NCBI GenBank assembly: GCA_964244895.1
Contig: CAXTKV010000043.1
Span: 1-29,919, forward strand
DNA length: 29,919 bases
Direction of reading: 5' to 3'
From: an uncultured Deinococcales bacterium
GTDB lineage: Bacteria; Deinococcota; Deinococci; Deinococcales; JAAFIG01
Shown here: positions 8,793 through 18,797 of the stretch, in pieces
Position numbering within the stretch: position 1 is the stretch's first letter
Layout of the letters: each line of letters begins with the position of its first letter
Program-made: the position numbers and the translations under genes
The notes under the pieces: model-generated
The model's database searches: none
Told to the model about the DNA's origin: nothing
The model's input: the letters and a program-made list of their open reading frames with translations, nothing else

Positions 8793-10382
8793 ATGAGATG
8801 GTTGGGCTTCGCTCCGATTGCGCTGGCTTGTGTTTTCATCCTCGGTGCGTGCAACGAGGGCGGTGCAACCCCACCGTTGATGCCGCCCGCGCCAACACCG
8901 CCGACATCACCTCCTCCAACCTCACCAACACCCCCAACCGTGCCACCGCCCCCGGCCTCGCCACCGCCGACACCACCGACCGCGCCACCCCCGTCTCCGA
9001 CACCCCCATCCGCACCGACCATCACGGGCTTCTCGCCGGGTTCGGGTTCGGTGGGCGCGACGGTCACGATCTCGGGCGCGCACCTCTTTGGCGCGACCTC
9101 GGTGCGGTTCAACGGCAAGCCAGCGACCATCGCTGAGAACACGGACACCAGCCTCAAGGTCACCGTTCCAGTCGGCGCATCCTCCGGCAGGATCGCGCTC
9201 ACCACACCCGCCGGAGCCGCCACCTCGAGTACCGAATTCGCGCTGGTCGTGAACTACGCCGCGCCGATCACGATCACCAAGGGCGGCACCTACACCGGAG
9301 CCTGGGAAAGTACGGACGCGGACACGCCCGCCGTCAAGGTCCAGACGAGCGAACCCGTCGTGATCGAGAACTGCCGCATTCGCGCCGCCGGGGAAGGCAT
9401 CTCGAGCTACTCCCAGCGCGCCAACCTGACGGTTCGCGGCTGCTTCGGTGAGGGTCTCACCCCGAAGGTCGCGGGCAAACAGAAGGGCGGCTTCGTGGCG
9501 GTCGGCGTCTTCGAGTCCGTGGTGGTCGAGAACAACCTCGAGGACGGCTTCGGTATTGGCGTTCGCGCCCTGAACTACGGCTCAGACGCGAGCAAGACTG
9601 GTCAACGTCTGGTGGTCAGGTACAACATCTTCCGCAACGTGGACGGGCGCACGAGCGACGGTCAGGGCGGGTACTCGAGTGACCCCCTCGGGACGGGCGG
9701 CAACGCGGTCGGGTTGAACACGCTGCGCAGCGCGAATGTCGAGATCGCCTGGAACGAGATCGTCAATCAGCCTCGCAAAAGCCGCGCAGAGGACATCATC
9801 AGCACCTATGAAAGCAGCGGCGCGCCCGCCAACCCGATCCAGATTCACGACAACTACGTTCAGGGCGGCTACACCGCCGACCCCGCCGCTCAGGTGAACT
9901 ACACCGGCTGTGGCATCCAGATCGGTGACGCATTCAACAAGGACGACGTGGGCTACACGCGCGTTCACGACAACCAGATCATCAACTTCGAGAACTGCGG
10001 TATCGGCCTTTCCGCCGGTCACGACAACGAGATTGATCACAACCGCGTGATTTCCGCGCGCACCGCACCCGACGGAACCGTCATGGGCGGCAACTATCGC
10101 ACAGGAGTGGGGTTGTGGGATTACTACTTCGACCCGAACCTGAACTGCAAGGAGACCGGCAACCCCTTGTGGCGCAACAACGCGATGCACGACAACGAGA
10201 TCAACGTCGTCAACCGCGATGGTGCAGCGGCGAGCAACCTCTTTTGCAGCGCTTACGGGAGCAACACCCAGACGAACAACGGCAACAACCTCGGGCATTT
10301 GGCGACGAATGCCGATGAGCAGGCCGAGTACGCGCGCTGGCAGGCAAAACTCAAAGATCAGAAAATCAATCTGGGACCCTAA
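8793..10382 (+). CDS. Lipoprotein with Pro-rich linker, IPT/TIG domain and right-handed beta-helix domain
   Basis: Lipobox ILGAC; Pro/Thr tract; PTITGFSPGSGSVGATVTISG (IPT/TIG); Asn-ladder repeats (IHDNYV, VHDNQI, IDHNRV). Confidence 0.85.
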   Translation: MRWLGFAPIALACVFILGACNEGGATPPLMPPAPTPPTSPPPTSPTPPTVPPPPASPPPTPPTAPPPSPTPPSAPTITGFSPGSGSVGATVTISGAHLFGATSVRFNGKPATIAENTDTSLKVTVPVGASSGRIALTTPAGAATSSTEFALVVNYAAPITITKGGTYTGAWESTDADTPAVKVQTSEPVVIENCRIRAAGEGISSYSQRANLTVRGCFGEGLTPKVAGKQKGGFVAVGVFESVVVENNLEDGFGIGVRALNYGSDASKTGQRLVVRYNIFRNVDGRTSDGQGGYSSDPLGTGGNAVGLNTLRSANVEIAWNEIVNQPRKSRAEDIISTYESSGAPANPIQIHDNYVQGGYTADPAAQVNYTGCGIQIGDAFNKDDVGYTRVHDNQIINFENCGIGLSAGHDNEIDHNRVISARTAPDGTVMGGNYRTGVGLWDYYFDPNLNCKETGNPLWRNNAMHDNEINVVNRDGAAASNLFCSAYGSNTQTNNGNNLGHLATNADEQAEYARWQAKLKDQKINLGP

Positions 10383-10434
10383 GCTTGGGCGCTCGAGCCG
10401 CGGTTCGCGCTCTTCTGGTTCCAGCAACCGCTAA

Positions 10435-10482
10435 GGACGCCGTCCCAGACGCATTTTCAACCTCGCGTCCAGGACGGTATCC
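10435..10482. repeat. Dispersed palindromic element, 48-bp form
   Basis: GGACGCCGTCCCAGACGC-attttcaacctc-GCGTCCAGGACGGTATCC. Confidence 0.88.
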
Positions 10483-10524
10483 TTCAGGCCATCCCACGTC
10501 CCAATCTGCGTTCCGTCCAGGGCG

Positions 10525-10530
10525 TAAAAT
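10525..10530 (+). promoter_or_regulatory. -10 hexamer of a probable leaderless uvrC promoter
   Basis: TAAAAT 6 nt before GTG 10537; no Shine-Dalgarno sequence. Confidence 0.55.
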
Positions 10531-10536
10531 GAACCC

Positions 10537-12369
10537 GTGGAACTCGAGGACGCAGGACTGATCCCGACGCAACCGGGCGTGTACATCTTTCGCACGCCAG
10601 CGGGTCGCGTGATTTACGTTGGCAAGGCCAAAAACATCAAGTCCAGAATCAATCAGCATTTCAAATCGGGTGGCAAATCCAGCCGAATCACGCGGGACGC
10701 TGGAACGCTCGAGACGATCACCACGCAGAACGAAGTGGAAGCGCTGGTGCTCGAGGCGAACCTGATCAAGCAGTTCCGCCCGCGCTACAACGTACTCTTG
10801 AAGGACGACAAGCACTACCCGTTCCTGAAAATCACGCGCGAAACCTGGCCGATGTTGCTGGTGACCCGCAAGGTCATCAAGGACGGCGCGAAATATTACG
10901 GCCCGTTCCCGGACGCGCGGGCCGTGTGGCGCGCCAAAAACCTGATCGACACGACATTTCAGTTGCGCAAGAACTCCGGCATCCCGTTCCAGCCGCGCAA
11001 ACGCCCGTGCCTGAATTACCACATGAAGCGCTGCCTCGCGCCGTGCGTCGGTCTGGCCGACCCCGAAGAATACGCGCAGGTCGTGCAGGACGTGATGGCG
11101 GTGCTGGATGGCAAGGCGGCGGACGTGCTCACCAACCTGAAATCGCAGATGCGCGAGTCGGCCTTGAACCAGGAGTTCGAGCAGGCGGGCATGATCCGGG
11201 ATCGGATCGAGGCCGTGCAGAAGCTCTTCGGCACCGATCAGGTGGCCCTCAACGTGGGCCTCGAGGACATGGATTTCCTGGGCGTGGCCCAGGCGGGCGA
11301 GTACGCGATGGTGCAGCACTTCCAGATGCGCGCCGGACGCGTGATCGGGCGAGACAAGCGCTTCTTGACCAACGCCGAGGACGCCACCCCGGACGAGATC
11401 CTGAAAGCCTTCATGCAGGATTACTACGCCGTCGCCATGCAGGTTCCGCCGCTGGTGCTGTTGCCCGTCGAGTTCGAGGACAAGGACGCCTGGGAGGAAT
11501 TCCTGTCCGCCAAAGCGCCCCGCAAGGTCGAATTGCGCCACCCGCAGCGCGGCGAGAAAGTCGATTTGCTCGAGATGGCGACCCGCAACGCGCAGAACGG
11601 CCTGGAATCCGAACTGGCCTTGCTGGAAAAACGCGGCGAGAATCCGGGGCTGGAAGCCCTCAAGGAAGTCCTGGCGCTGCCCGAACGCCCGTGGCGCATA
11701 GAGGGTTACGACAACTCCAATTTGTTCGGCACGAACATCGTGTCCGGCATGGTGGTCTTCGAGGGCGGGCGGGCGCGCAAGGGAGAGCATCGGCGCTTCA
11801 AGGTCAAGGGACTCGATCACCCGGACGATTACACCGCCATGCGCCAGACGATCACGCGGCGCTTCACGGGCGGGTTGAGTGACAAGCTGCCCCTACCGGA
11901 CTTGCTGATGATCGACGGTGGGCACGGTCAGGTCAACGCCGCCCTGGACGCCTTGCGCGAGGTCGGCTTGCAGATTCCCGTGGTCGGGTTGGCCAAGCGC
12001 GAGGAAACGATTATTTTGCCCAGCATGTACGGCGCGCAATTCTGGTTGACCACGGGTTCCGTGCTGGCCCAGAAGCGCGAGATCAAACTGCCGATCACGC
12101 ACCCGGCCCTGCGCGTGCTGATCGCCGTGCGCGATGAAGTCCACCATTTCGCGATCACGTACCACCGCAAATTGCGCGCCGACACGATGATGAAATCCAT
12201 CTTCGACGACATCCCCGGCATCGGGCCGAAACGCCGCGAAGCCTTGCTAGAGCATTTCACCAGCCTGGAAGAATTGCGCGCCGCGCAACTCGAGGAAATC
12301 GCTCGGGTTCCGGGCGTGGGATTGATGGCGGCGCAGACCATCAAGGATCACCTGGGAGCGCAGGCGTGA
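10537..12369 (+). CDS. uvrC: Excinuclease ABC subunit C
   Basis: GIY-YIG ([14 protein letters not shown]), UVR domain ([11 protein letters not shown]), [24 protein letters not shown]-terminal HhH (IPGIGPKRR). Confidence 0.98.
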   Translation: MELEDAGLIPTQPGVYIFRTPAGRVIYVGKAKNIKSRINQHFKSGGKSSRITRDAGTLETITTQNEVEALVLEANLIKQFRPRYNVLLKDDKHYPFLKITRETWPMLLVTRKVIKDGAKYYGPFPDARAVWRAKNLIDTTFQLRKNSGIPFQPRKRPCLNYHMKRCLAPCVGLADPEEYAQVVQDVMAVLDGKAADVLTNLKSQMRESALNQEFEQAGMIRDRIEAVQKLFGTDQVALNVGLEDMDFLGVAQAGEYAMVQHFQMRAGRVIGRDKRFLTNAEDATPDEILKAFMQDYYAVAMQVPPLVLLPVEFEDKDAWEEFLSAKAPRKVELRHPQRGEKVDLLEMATRNAQNGLESELALLEKRGENPGLEALKEVLALPERPWRIEGYDNSNLFGTNIVSGMVVFEGGRARKGEHRRFKVKGLDHPDDYTAMRQTITRRFTGGLSDKLPLPDLLMIDGGHGQVNAALDALREVGLQIPVVGLAKREETIILPSMYGAQFWLTTGSVLAQKREIKLPITHPALRVLIAVRDEVHHFAITYHRKLRADTMMKSIFDDIPGIGPKRREALLEHFTSLEELRAAQLEEIARVPGVGLMAAQTIKDHLGAQA

Positions 12370-12815
12370 ATTTGCTGGTGCGCCCGCTCGAGCCTCGGGA
12401 TGCTGAAGCCTGGGAACGGATGCGCACCGAGCTGTGGCCGGATGCGGACAACGCAGCGGAGACTCGCGCGTTCCTCGAGCACGGCCCGCAACCCAGTTTC
12501 GAGGCCGTGCTGATCGCGGAACGGGACGGTGCGCCCGTCGGCTTCGCCGAATTGTCCATCCGCGCGTCCTCGCCGGGTTGTGAAACCACCCGAATCGCGT
12601 ACCTCGAAGGCTGGTACGTCGCCCCTCACGCCCGAGAAATCGGCGTCGGGCGCGCGCTGGTGAAGGCGGCGGAGGCGTGGGGCATCGCGCAGGGCTGCAG
12701 GGAATTCGCCTCCGACGTGGAACTCGAGAACACCGTCAGCCAGCGCGCGCACGATGCGTTGGGCTTCACAGAAGTCGAGCGCGTCGTGTTTTACAGAAAA
12801 GCCCTGACCGAATAA
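12366..12815 (+). CDS. GNAT acetyltransferase resembling aminoglycoside 6'-N-acetyltransferase type I
   Basis: [47 protein letters not shown] overlap with the uvrC stop. Confidence 0.85.
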   Translation: MNLLVRPLEPRDAEAWERMRTELWPDADNAAETRAFLEHGPQPSFEAVLIAERDGAPVGFAELSIRASSPGCETTRIAYLEGWYVAPHAREIGVGRALVKAAEAWGIAQGCREFASDVELENTVSQRAHDALGFTEVERVVFYRKALTE

Positions 12816-12828
12816 CCCGCGCTTCTGA

Positions 12829-12876
12829 CCGTACCGTCCAGCACACGCTCCATAAAATGCATCCAGGACGGTGTTC
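12829..12876. repeat. Dispersed palindromic element, 48-bp form
   Basis: CCGTACCGTCCAGCACAC-gctccataaaat-GCATCCAGGACGGTGTTC. Confidence 0.85.
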
Positions 12877-12966
12877 TTTAGCGATAAAGCGACCACTGGG
12901 CGGGCAGCGGATCACACCGGATCCCGACCAACGTCAATCGCCCGAATCTCGAGCGAGTCAGATCGA

Positions 12967-13024
12967 GAACACCGTCCCAGACAGTCTTTTCTTGAACCCA
13001 CAAGCACCGTCTCGGACTCGGGAT
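12967..13024. repeat. Dispersed palindromic element, 58-bp form (degenerate), overlapping the argS promoter region
   Basis: GAACAC-CGTCCCAGACA-GTCTTT then AAGCAC-CGTCTCGGACT; cores at 12973 and 13008. Confidence 0.65.
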
Positions 13025-13029
13025 CGTGA

Positions 13030-13035
13030 TACCAT
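13030..13035 (+). promoter_or_regulatory. Extended -10 of a probable leaderless argS promoter
   Basis: TGaTACCAT 6 nt before ATG 13042. Confidence 0.55.
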
Positions 13036-13041
13036 CCCCGA

Positions 13042-14871
13042 ATGCTCGACCTCAAAGCGCAACTCAAAACCGCCCTCGAGAACGCCCTGCCAGCCGAAGC
13101 CGCGGGCACGGCGGTGGTGATTCAGGACGTTCCAGACAACAAACCCGGCGATTACGGCTCGCCCGTAGCCATGCAACTCGCGCGGGTTCTCAAGAAAGCC
13201 CCGGCAGATATTGCCACCGACCTCGCTGCGCGGATCGAATTGCCCCTCGGGGTGGCGCGGGCGGAAGCGGTCAACGGCTTCCTGAACTTCTTCGTCGATC
13301 CGGCCAGCTTCACGCAGAACGTCGTGACCTCGAGTTACGCGCCCGAAACCAGGCACCGCAAGGTCATCATCGAGCACACCAGCGTCAACCCGAACAAGGA
13401 ATGGCACGTCGGGCATATTCGCGGCGCGCTGATCGGCGACGCGTTGGGGCGGATTTACCGCGCCGTGGGTTACGGCGTGGAAATTCAGAATTACATCGAC
13501 GACACGGGCCGTCAGGCCGCCGAGAGTTTGTTCGCCGTCAAGCATTACGAGGCCGTCTACGACGGATCACAGAAGTACGATCACTGGCTGGGCGAGCTGT
13601 ACGTGCGCCTGCACAAAGACCTAGAGAACCCCGAAGAAAAGGCCAGGCTCGAGCCACAAATTGCGGAAGTGATCCACGCCTTAGAGCGCGGCGAATTGCG
13701 CACGGAAATCGAGAAGATCGTCAAATCGCAACTCGAGACCGCGTATTCGTTGGGCGTCGAGTACGACCTCTTGACCTGGGAATCCGACGTGGTGGGCGCG
13801 GGATTCGTGGCCAAAGCCCTTCAGATTCTGGAATCCAGCCCGCACCTGCAACGCCCCAAAGACGGCCCGTTCGCGGGCACGCTCGGCATCGACGTGAGCG
13901 CCTTCGCGCCGGGTCAGGAAGAACCGTACAAGGTGCTGGTGCGATCCAACGGAACCTTCGTGTACGTCACCAAGGACATCGGGTTTCACTACTGGAAATT
14001 CGGGTTGTTTGAAGGGTTGGAATACAAGCCCTTTCAGGCGCAACCCTCCGGCAAGGAGCTCTGGACGAGCGCGCCGCACGGCGAGCACGAACCCGCCGGG
14101 CACCGCTTCGCGCACGCCGACGAGGTCATCAACGTGATTGACTCGAGGCAAGCCTTGCAGCAGGTGATCGTCAAGGCGTCGTTGGCGATCCTGGAATACG
14201 GTCAGGAACACGCCGGGAATTTTCATCACCTGGCCAACGAGACCGTGCTGCTCGAGGGCAAAACCATGAGCGGTCGCAAGGGCATCACGGTTTCAGCAGA
14301 CGAGGTGATTGCGGAAGCGAAATCCAGGGCGCTCGAGGTGACGCGACAACTCAGCCCGAACCTGGTGAATACGGACGCGATTTCAAAAATCGTCGGGTTA
14401 GGTGCGCTCAAATTCGCGTTCCTGAAAGCGGAACCCAAACGCCAGATCGACTTTCGCTGGGAGCAGGCGCTCGCGTTGCAGGGTGACACGGCGGTCGTCG
14501 TGCAGTACGCGCACGCGCGCATCCGTTCGATTGCGCGCAAAGCGGCGGAACTCATGCTCGAGAAAGCGGACTGGTCGAGAATCGGTGTGCTCGAGTTGAA
14601 GCTCGCCCGCACGGTGGCGAAGTACCCGGAAGTGCTGGCGCAGTGCGTCAGGGACAAGACGCCGCATCCGATGTGCGCCTACGCGCTGGAACTGGCGACG
14701 GAATTCAACGGTTATTACAACCACAAGGGCTCGGATGGCAAGTCCGACACGAGCGTGCTGCACGCGCCCGAAGGCTTGCGCGAGGCTCGCTTGGCGCTGG
14801 TCGTGCGGGTGGCCGATGCGATCAAGGAAGCGCTCGGCGTGCTGGGCATCGAAGCGCCGGACGAGATGTAA
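13042..14871 (+). CDS. argS: Arginine--tRNA ligase
   Basis: EHTSVNPNKEWHVGH (HIGH), MSGRKG (KMSKS), QYAHARIRSI, DALR anticodon domain ending IEAPDEM. Confidence 0.98.
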   Translation: MLDLKAQLKTALENALPAEAAGTAVVIQDVPDNKPGDYGSPVAMQLARVLKKAPADIATDLAARIELPLGVARAEAVNGFLNFFVDPASFTQNVVTSSYAPETRHRKVIIEHTSVNPNKEWHVGHIRGALIGDALGRIYRAVGYGVEIQNYIDDTGRQAAESLFAVKHYEAVYDGSQKYDHWLGELYVRLHKDLENPEEKARLEPQIAEVIHALERGELRTEIEKIVKSQLETAYSLGVEYDLLTWESDVVGAGFVAKALQILESSPHLQRPKDGPFAGTLGIDVSAFAPGQEEPYKVLVRSNGTFVYVTKDIGFHYWKFGLFEGLEYKPFQAQPSGKELWTSAPHGEHEPAGHRFAHADEVINVIDSRQALQQVIVKASLAILEYGQEHAGNFHHLANETVLLEGKTMSGRKGITVSADEVIAEAKSRALEVTRQLSPNLVNTDAISKIVGLGALKFAFLKAEPKRQIDFRWEQALALQGDTAVVVQYAHARIRSIARKAAELMLEKADWSRIGVLELKLARTVAKYPEVLAQCVRDKTPHPMCAYALELATEFNGYYNHKGSDGKSDTSVLHAPEGLREARLALVVRVADAIKEALGVLGIEAPDEM

Positions 14872-14921
14872 TCTCAAGTGCTCGCCGTCTGGCTCGAGAT
14901 ATTCGAAAGCGCGATCTCGAG

Positions 14922-14979
14922 GAAGACCGTCCCACACGGTCTTCCTCGAGATCAAATAATCACGCCCTGGACGGTCTTT
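14922..14979. repeat. Dispersed palindromic element, 58-bp form, between convergent genes
   Basis: GAAGAC-CGTCCCACACG-GTCTTC ctcgagatcaaataatca CGCCCTGGACG-GTCTTT; cores at 14928 and 14963; 14913-14953 also forms a perfect 18-bp-arm inverted repeat. Confidence 0.9.
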
Positions 14980-15053
14980 CCCGAGTTCTATCCGGTGCGA
15001 ATGAGCTTTCCAAAGGCGGCGCGCCTCGCCGCTCGAGCCCACCGTATGGCTAA

Positions 15054-16646
15054 TTACGGAAATTGATACGTGACCGTCAAGGCTGCTTGCCGTTCAAAAT
15101 CAATGAAATCGGAGGTGTCGTTGTTGGAATACTCGTTTGAAAAACGCAACCTGAACTGCGAAGTGGTGTTGTGTTCAAGCAAGTCATTTTGCACAAAGCC
15201 CGTCACATCCGCATTGACGCTGCTCGAGCTGAGCTGCACCGGGCAACCAGTGCACCCCAAGGCGGGCAGGCTGAAATCACCTCGGGCACCACTCAAGTTG
15301 TACGCACCCGTGACGTTCTGAACTGGTGAAACGCGCTCGAGGTTCAGCAAGCCCAGCGTCCCAAATGGATCGCCTGCCGCGCGTTTGAAGACGATTTGCA
15401 ATCTGGCCGAAGCCACCGAGGCGCTCACCGGAATGTCCAGGATGTTGAACGCCAAGTAACCTCGAGCGTACTCGATGGGGCGCGAACCCCCAGTCAGGCT
15501 TCGATCTCCGACGTTGATGGTGGTTTGGATGTAGGCCGTGTCATCGCAACTGGTCGCAAGGTTATTGCAGGCATGCACGATGTAGCCACCGCCGTACAAC
15601 GACAGAGACACCGTTTTTTGCTGAATCACCCGCATGATTCGGTCAAGGCTGCCTTGCAACGCGTTGCCTGCTGTGTCTTTGGCACCAGGCTTGAGTGCCC
15701 AATTGATATTCTCGCCAAAAGGCAACGGGGCGCTGGGCGCAAAGGTCATGGTTTGGTCATTGGCGCTCCAGGAGAACGTGCCCGTGATGGGTCCACCATT
15801 GGTGAGGTTGACGTTGAAGGCTGTTTGAACGCTCGTCCGATCCATCGGTTCGGAGAAATTGATTTTAAAGACGGTGTCTTGCGGCATACCGATGGCAATC
15901 GCGTCCGGGCTTGCAGAAACCACCGTGGGTGCTTGAAAGTCGGCCACGGTAAAAGCCAACTCAATGTCGCGGGGTCCATCTCTGCTGCCATCAATCGGCG
16001 CATTTTGATTGCCCGCCTTGTCAAAAATGTTTTGCAGGATGACACGGTATGCGCTGCCGCTTTCGTAATTGATGCTGATGGTCAGGGTCTTGTCGCTGTC
16101 GCTCCACGCCAGGATGAAGGGAGGGGGAGCGCAAATGCTGCCAGGTTTGCAAAAAGCCACCACGAGGCGACTGGTGTTAATCGGCTCGCTGAAATTGAAC
16201 ACCACCTTGGTGGTTCTGGCCACATTGATTGCGTTGTTCTGTGGCGTACTCGAGAGCAATGTGGGCGGGAGCGTATCGGTCGGTGTGGCCTCGACGGTCA
16301 ACGCGGCTCCGGGCTCAGAGGTCATAACACCTGTTGCCGTGCTCGCGCTGGCAGTGATCGTGGCTGTACCAGCCGTCAGGCAGTTGACCAGACCGCTCGC
16401 GGCGTTGATCGAGGCGACCCCGGAATTGCTCGAGGTGAACGTAAAGGTCGGTTGCGGGTTGGTGCTGGCGTTGCTGGCGTCCTTGGCCACCGCCGCGAAT
16501 TGCTGCGTACCGCCAATCGCGCAGGTGGTCGGGCTTGGTGTGACGACGATGCTCTTGATGGGAATTTGTACCGGCCCGTTACAGGTCGCTGCGACCAGCA
16601 TTGGGATCAGGCCAGCGATCAGAACGGCGTATCTGCGGTTGTACAT
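15054..16646 (-). CDS. Probable lipoprotein with Ig-like domains (one Big_2-like, two Big_5/SbsA-like)
   Basis: ATG 16646 after GAAGGAGA; signal ending LVAATC; FTSSNSGVASI..SGLV (Big_2); twice PT....P......V/M......FNFSEP (Big_5). Confidence 0.85.
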   Translation of the reverse strand: MYNRRYAVLIAGLIPMLVAATCNGPVQIPIKSIVVTPSPTTCAIGGTQQFAAVAKDASNASTNPQPTFTFTSSNSGVASINAASGLVNCLTAGTATITASASTATGVMTSEPGAALTVEATPTDTLPPTLLSSTPQNNAINVARTTKVVFNFSEPINTSRLVVAFCKPGSICAPPPFILAWSDSDKTLTISINYESGSAYRVILQNIFDKAGNQNAPIDGSRDGPRDIELAFTVADFQAPTVVSASPDAIAIGMPQDTVFKINFSEPMDRTSVQTAFNVNLTNGGPITGTFSWSANDQTMTFAPSAPLPFGENINWALKPGAKDTAGNALQGSLDRIMRVIQQKTVSLSLYGGGYIVHACNNLATSCDDTAYIQTTINVGDRSLTGGSRPIEYARGYLAFNILDIPVSASVASARLQIVFKRAAGDPFGTLGLLNLERVSPVQNVTGAYNLSGARGDFSLPALGCTGCPVQLSSSSVNADVTGFVQNDLLEHNTTSQFRLRFSNEYSNNDTSDFIDFERQAALTVTYQFP

Positions 16647-16857
16647 GCGTTCTCCTTCTGTTGATGCGAGCAGGGGTTCTCGAACGGTCGAAGCGGTTGT
16701 TGTGACGGTCGTTCCCGGCACACAGGGTTGTTTGGGCGCAGACTTCCAACGGGATGCGCGTGTGCGCTTCCTCGTTCCGATCACCTGGAGTGTCGTGCGC
16801 TGCGCGCTTGGTTCAGATCAGGTCTGCGTCTCCTCCGGCGACGCGGGGCGAGCCAGG

Positions 16858-16915
16858 AGCGCGCGTCCTGGACGGCGAATCATCTGGGGTGGGAATACCG
16901 TGCTGGACGGTGTTC
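16858..16915. repeat. Dispersed palindromic element, 58-bp form, abutting the stop codon of the fibre gene
   Basis: CGTCCTGGACG at 16864 and GAATAC-CGTGCTGGACG-GTGTTC with core at 16899. Confidence 0.85.
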
Positions 16916-18477
16916 TATTTGGCACGAAGGCGCTTCTCGAGCGCCGCCAATCTGTCTTCCAGGGAACGCACCTGGCCTGAGAGCGTCTTGATCTGAGCGT
17001 CTTTTTGTTTGACCACGCCGTACAAGCCCTGAATCGCGGCCAGGGCCACGCCTTGCGCGTCGGCGGTGTTGATGGTCGTGTCGTTCTCGCCCAGCTTGAA
17101 GGCCGCGCTGAAATCTTGCGCGACTGGCCCCAGGTGCGGCGTGCGCAAACGATCGCCTTTCATGTTCCAGCGCGTCACGGGCATGGTCATCAGCGCCTCG
17201 AGGATGGCCTGCGGGTTCACGGTGCGGAAGTGTTCTTTCTTGTTGCGGTCGGAGGTGCAAGTCCAGCCCGCACCGCCGCTGTAAGAGCAGACCCCGCTTC
17301 CTCCAGATCCGCCCTGAAAGAACGCCGCATTGCCGCTCGTGCTCTGCCCGACGACGCCGTTGCCGCTGGTGCTGAAGCCATCTACGCCGACAGAACTCGC
17401 GCTGACGCCGTACACGCCGAGTCCAGAGTTGCTTTCGCCGCGCACCCCGATATCGCTGACGCTGATGCCTTTGACACCAATTTTACCGTTGCTCTGGCCG
17501 ATGACACCATCGCCACCGAAGCTGAAGCCATTGATGGCTGTGCCGGTGTTGCTCGTCCCATAAATGCCGGTGCTCGAGTTGCTGAAGCCATAAATGCCGA
17601 TGCTCGAGCTGCTACTACCATCAACACCTATTCCACTTGTGGAGGAGCCAAAAACCCCGGTGCCAGATGCGGTGTCCCCCCAGACACCTGTTGGACCATC
17701 ATCTACCTGTGATGATGGCCCCCCGGCCCGACCCAGAATGCCAATCTCATTCCCGTTGCCACCGGTGCTGGTGTTGATGACCGACACCAATTCCCTGTCC
17801 GTGCGACTGCCAGTCAGTTCCAGCGGAAGCCCCAGCTTGCTCGAGGTCACGCTGCCGTTGGCGAGTTTGGCGCTGCCGATGCCGCCATCCTTGACAAAAA
17901 AGGTCGTGCCCGAAAGTGCCAGGCTCGAGCCGTCCGCGTTGTACGTGCTGCCCGCGCTGCCCACCAGGTCATCGCTCCAGGTCAGGTTGCCACCGGAGAG
18001 TTTCAGCACCTTGCCGTCCGCCGCGCCGGACGCGCCCAGCTTGCCCGCCGTGACCGCGCCGTCCGCCAGCAGGCCAGCGCTGATGCCCAGATTGGCCACG
18101 CTGAAGGTCGTGCCGGACAGCGCCAATCCCGTTCCCGCCGAGTACGCCGCGCCGCCCGCACCGCCCGTCAGGTCGTCCGCCCAGGCCAGGTTGCCCGCCT
18201 GAAGTTTCAGCACCTTGCCGTCTGCGGCGGTTCCGGTCGCGTTCAGTTTGCCCGTGGTTACGCTGCCATCGGCCAGTTGTGCGCCCGCGATGCCGCCCGG
18301 AGCTTGCAGCGCTTCTATGTTGGCCTTGAGGCTCGAGAAATTCGCGTTGACTTCAGATGATTTGATCGGTGTGCCGGGGGTGAAGCTCGTCAGGTTGACG
18401 GCGGCCAGGGCGGACAGTCCGCACGTGACGAGCGCCGCGCCCAGGACGATGTGCTTGAGGTCTCGAGCCTTGTTCAT
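16915..18477 (-). CDS. Secreted fibre-like protein with C-terminal intramolecular chaperone (peptidase S74/ICA) domain
   Basis: Sec-type signal peptide; FTPGTPIKSSEVNANF; three LA(D/N)GxVTxxKL repeats; 10-aa G-x-x-G-x-S repeats; TSDRNKK..HLGPVAQDF..AIQGL plus terminal coiled coil; RBS GAAAGGA. Confidence 0.88.
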   Translation of the reverse strand: MNKARDLKHIVLGAALVTCGLSALAAVNLTSFTPGTPIKSSEVNANFSSLKANIEALQAPGGIAGAQLADGSVTTGKLNATGTAADGKVLKLQAGNLAWADDLTGGAGGAAYSAGTGLALSGTTFSVANLGISAGLLADGAVTAGKLGASGAADGKVLKLSGGNLTWSDDLVGSAGSTYNADGSSLALSGTTFFVKDGGIGSAKLANGSVTSSKLGLPLELTGSRTDRELVSVINTSTGGNGNEIGILGRAGGPSSQVDDGPTGVWGDTASGTGVFGSSTSGIGVDGSSSSSIGIYGFSNSSTGIYGTSNTGTAINGFSFGGDGVIGQSNGKIGVKGISVSDIGVRGESNSGLGVYGVSASSVGVDGFSTSGNGVVGQSTSGNAAFFQGGSGGSGVCSYSGGAGWTCTSDRNKKEHFRTVNPQAILEALMTMPVTRWNMKGDRLRTPHLGPVAQDFSAAFKLGENDTTINTADAQGVALAAIQGLYGVVKQKDAQIKTLSGQVRSLEDRLAALEKRLRAK

Positions 18478-18487
18478 GTTTCCTTTC

Positions 18488-18616
18488 TCAGTTCCAGTTG
18501 GCGGTCTCGAAGTTCGATTGATCCCAGGTGGCGCTGTCGGGCGGTTTGGGTTGGTCGCCGCAGGACAACAACAGCGCCACCAGCGCGATCAGCAGGACGA
18601 TTTGGTGTGTTCGCAT
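18488..18616 (-). CDS. 42-aa lipoprotein (below the ORF-track cutoff)
   Basis: Hand translation MRTHQIVLLIALVALLLSCGDQPKPPDSATWDQSNFETANWN*; RBS GAAAGGA; lipobox LLSC; stop lies 10 nt upstream of the fibre ATG. Confidence 0.8.
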   Translation of the reverse strand: MRTHQIVLLIALVALLLSCGDQPKPPDSATWDQSNFETANWN

Positions 18617-18646
18617 AAATTCCTTTCTTCACGCGACCCTTCAACA

Positions 18647-18694
18647 GAACACCGTTCAGGACGCGTTTTCGTATTCGTGTGCGGCACGGTGTTC
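18647..18694. repeat. Dispersed palindromic element, 48-bp form
   Basis: GAACACCGTTCAGGACGC-gttttcgtattc-GTGTGCGGCACGGTGTTC. Confidence 0.9.
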
Positions 18695-18722
18695 TCGTTC
18701 ACGGTTCGGACGCGGTTCTGGG

Positions 18723-18779
18723 CAACACCTCCCCGGCAGTGTTCCCTGATGCTCAGGGACACCGTCGTTCACGGTCTTG
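18723..18779. repeat. Degenerate ~58-bp form of the dispersed element
   Basis: CAACAC-CTCCCCGGCA-GTGTTC then GGACAC-CGTCGTTCACG-GTCTTG; cores 34 bp apart (first core 1 nt short). Confidence 0.55.
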
Positions 18780-18797
18780 TTGCGCGAGACGATGGAG

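Noticed and set aside
12723..12737. Element half-site CTCGAGAACACCGTC inside the GNAT gene
   Set aside because: It encodes the L-E-N-T-V segment of the family's conserved motif region and the core is incomplete; likely coincidence.
16915..18477. Prophage remnant
   Set aside because: The fibre has a signal peptide, and no capsid, terminase, integrase or lysis genes are nearby.
18695..18775. TCGTTCACGGT direct repeat as an operator for the SARP-like regulator
   Set aside because: The copies are 70 bp apart and one overlaps a degenerate dispersed element; not separable from the repeat family by eye.
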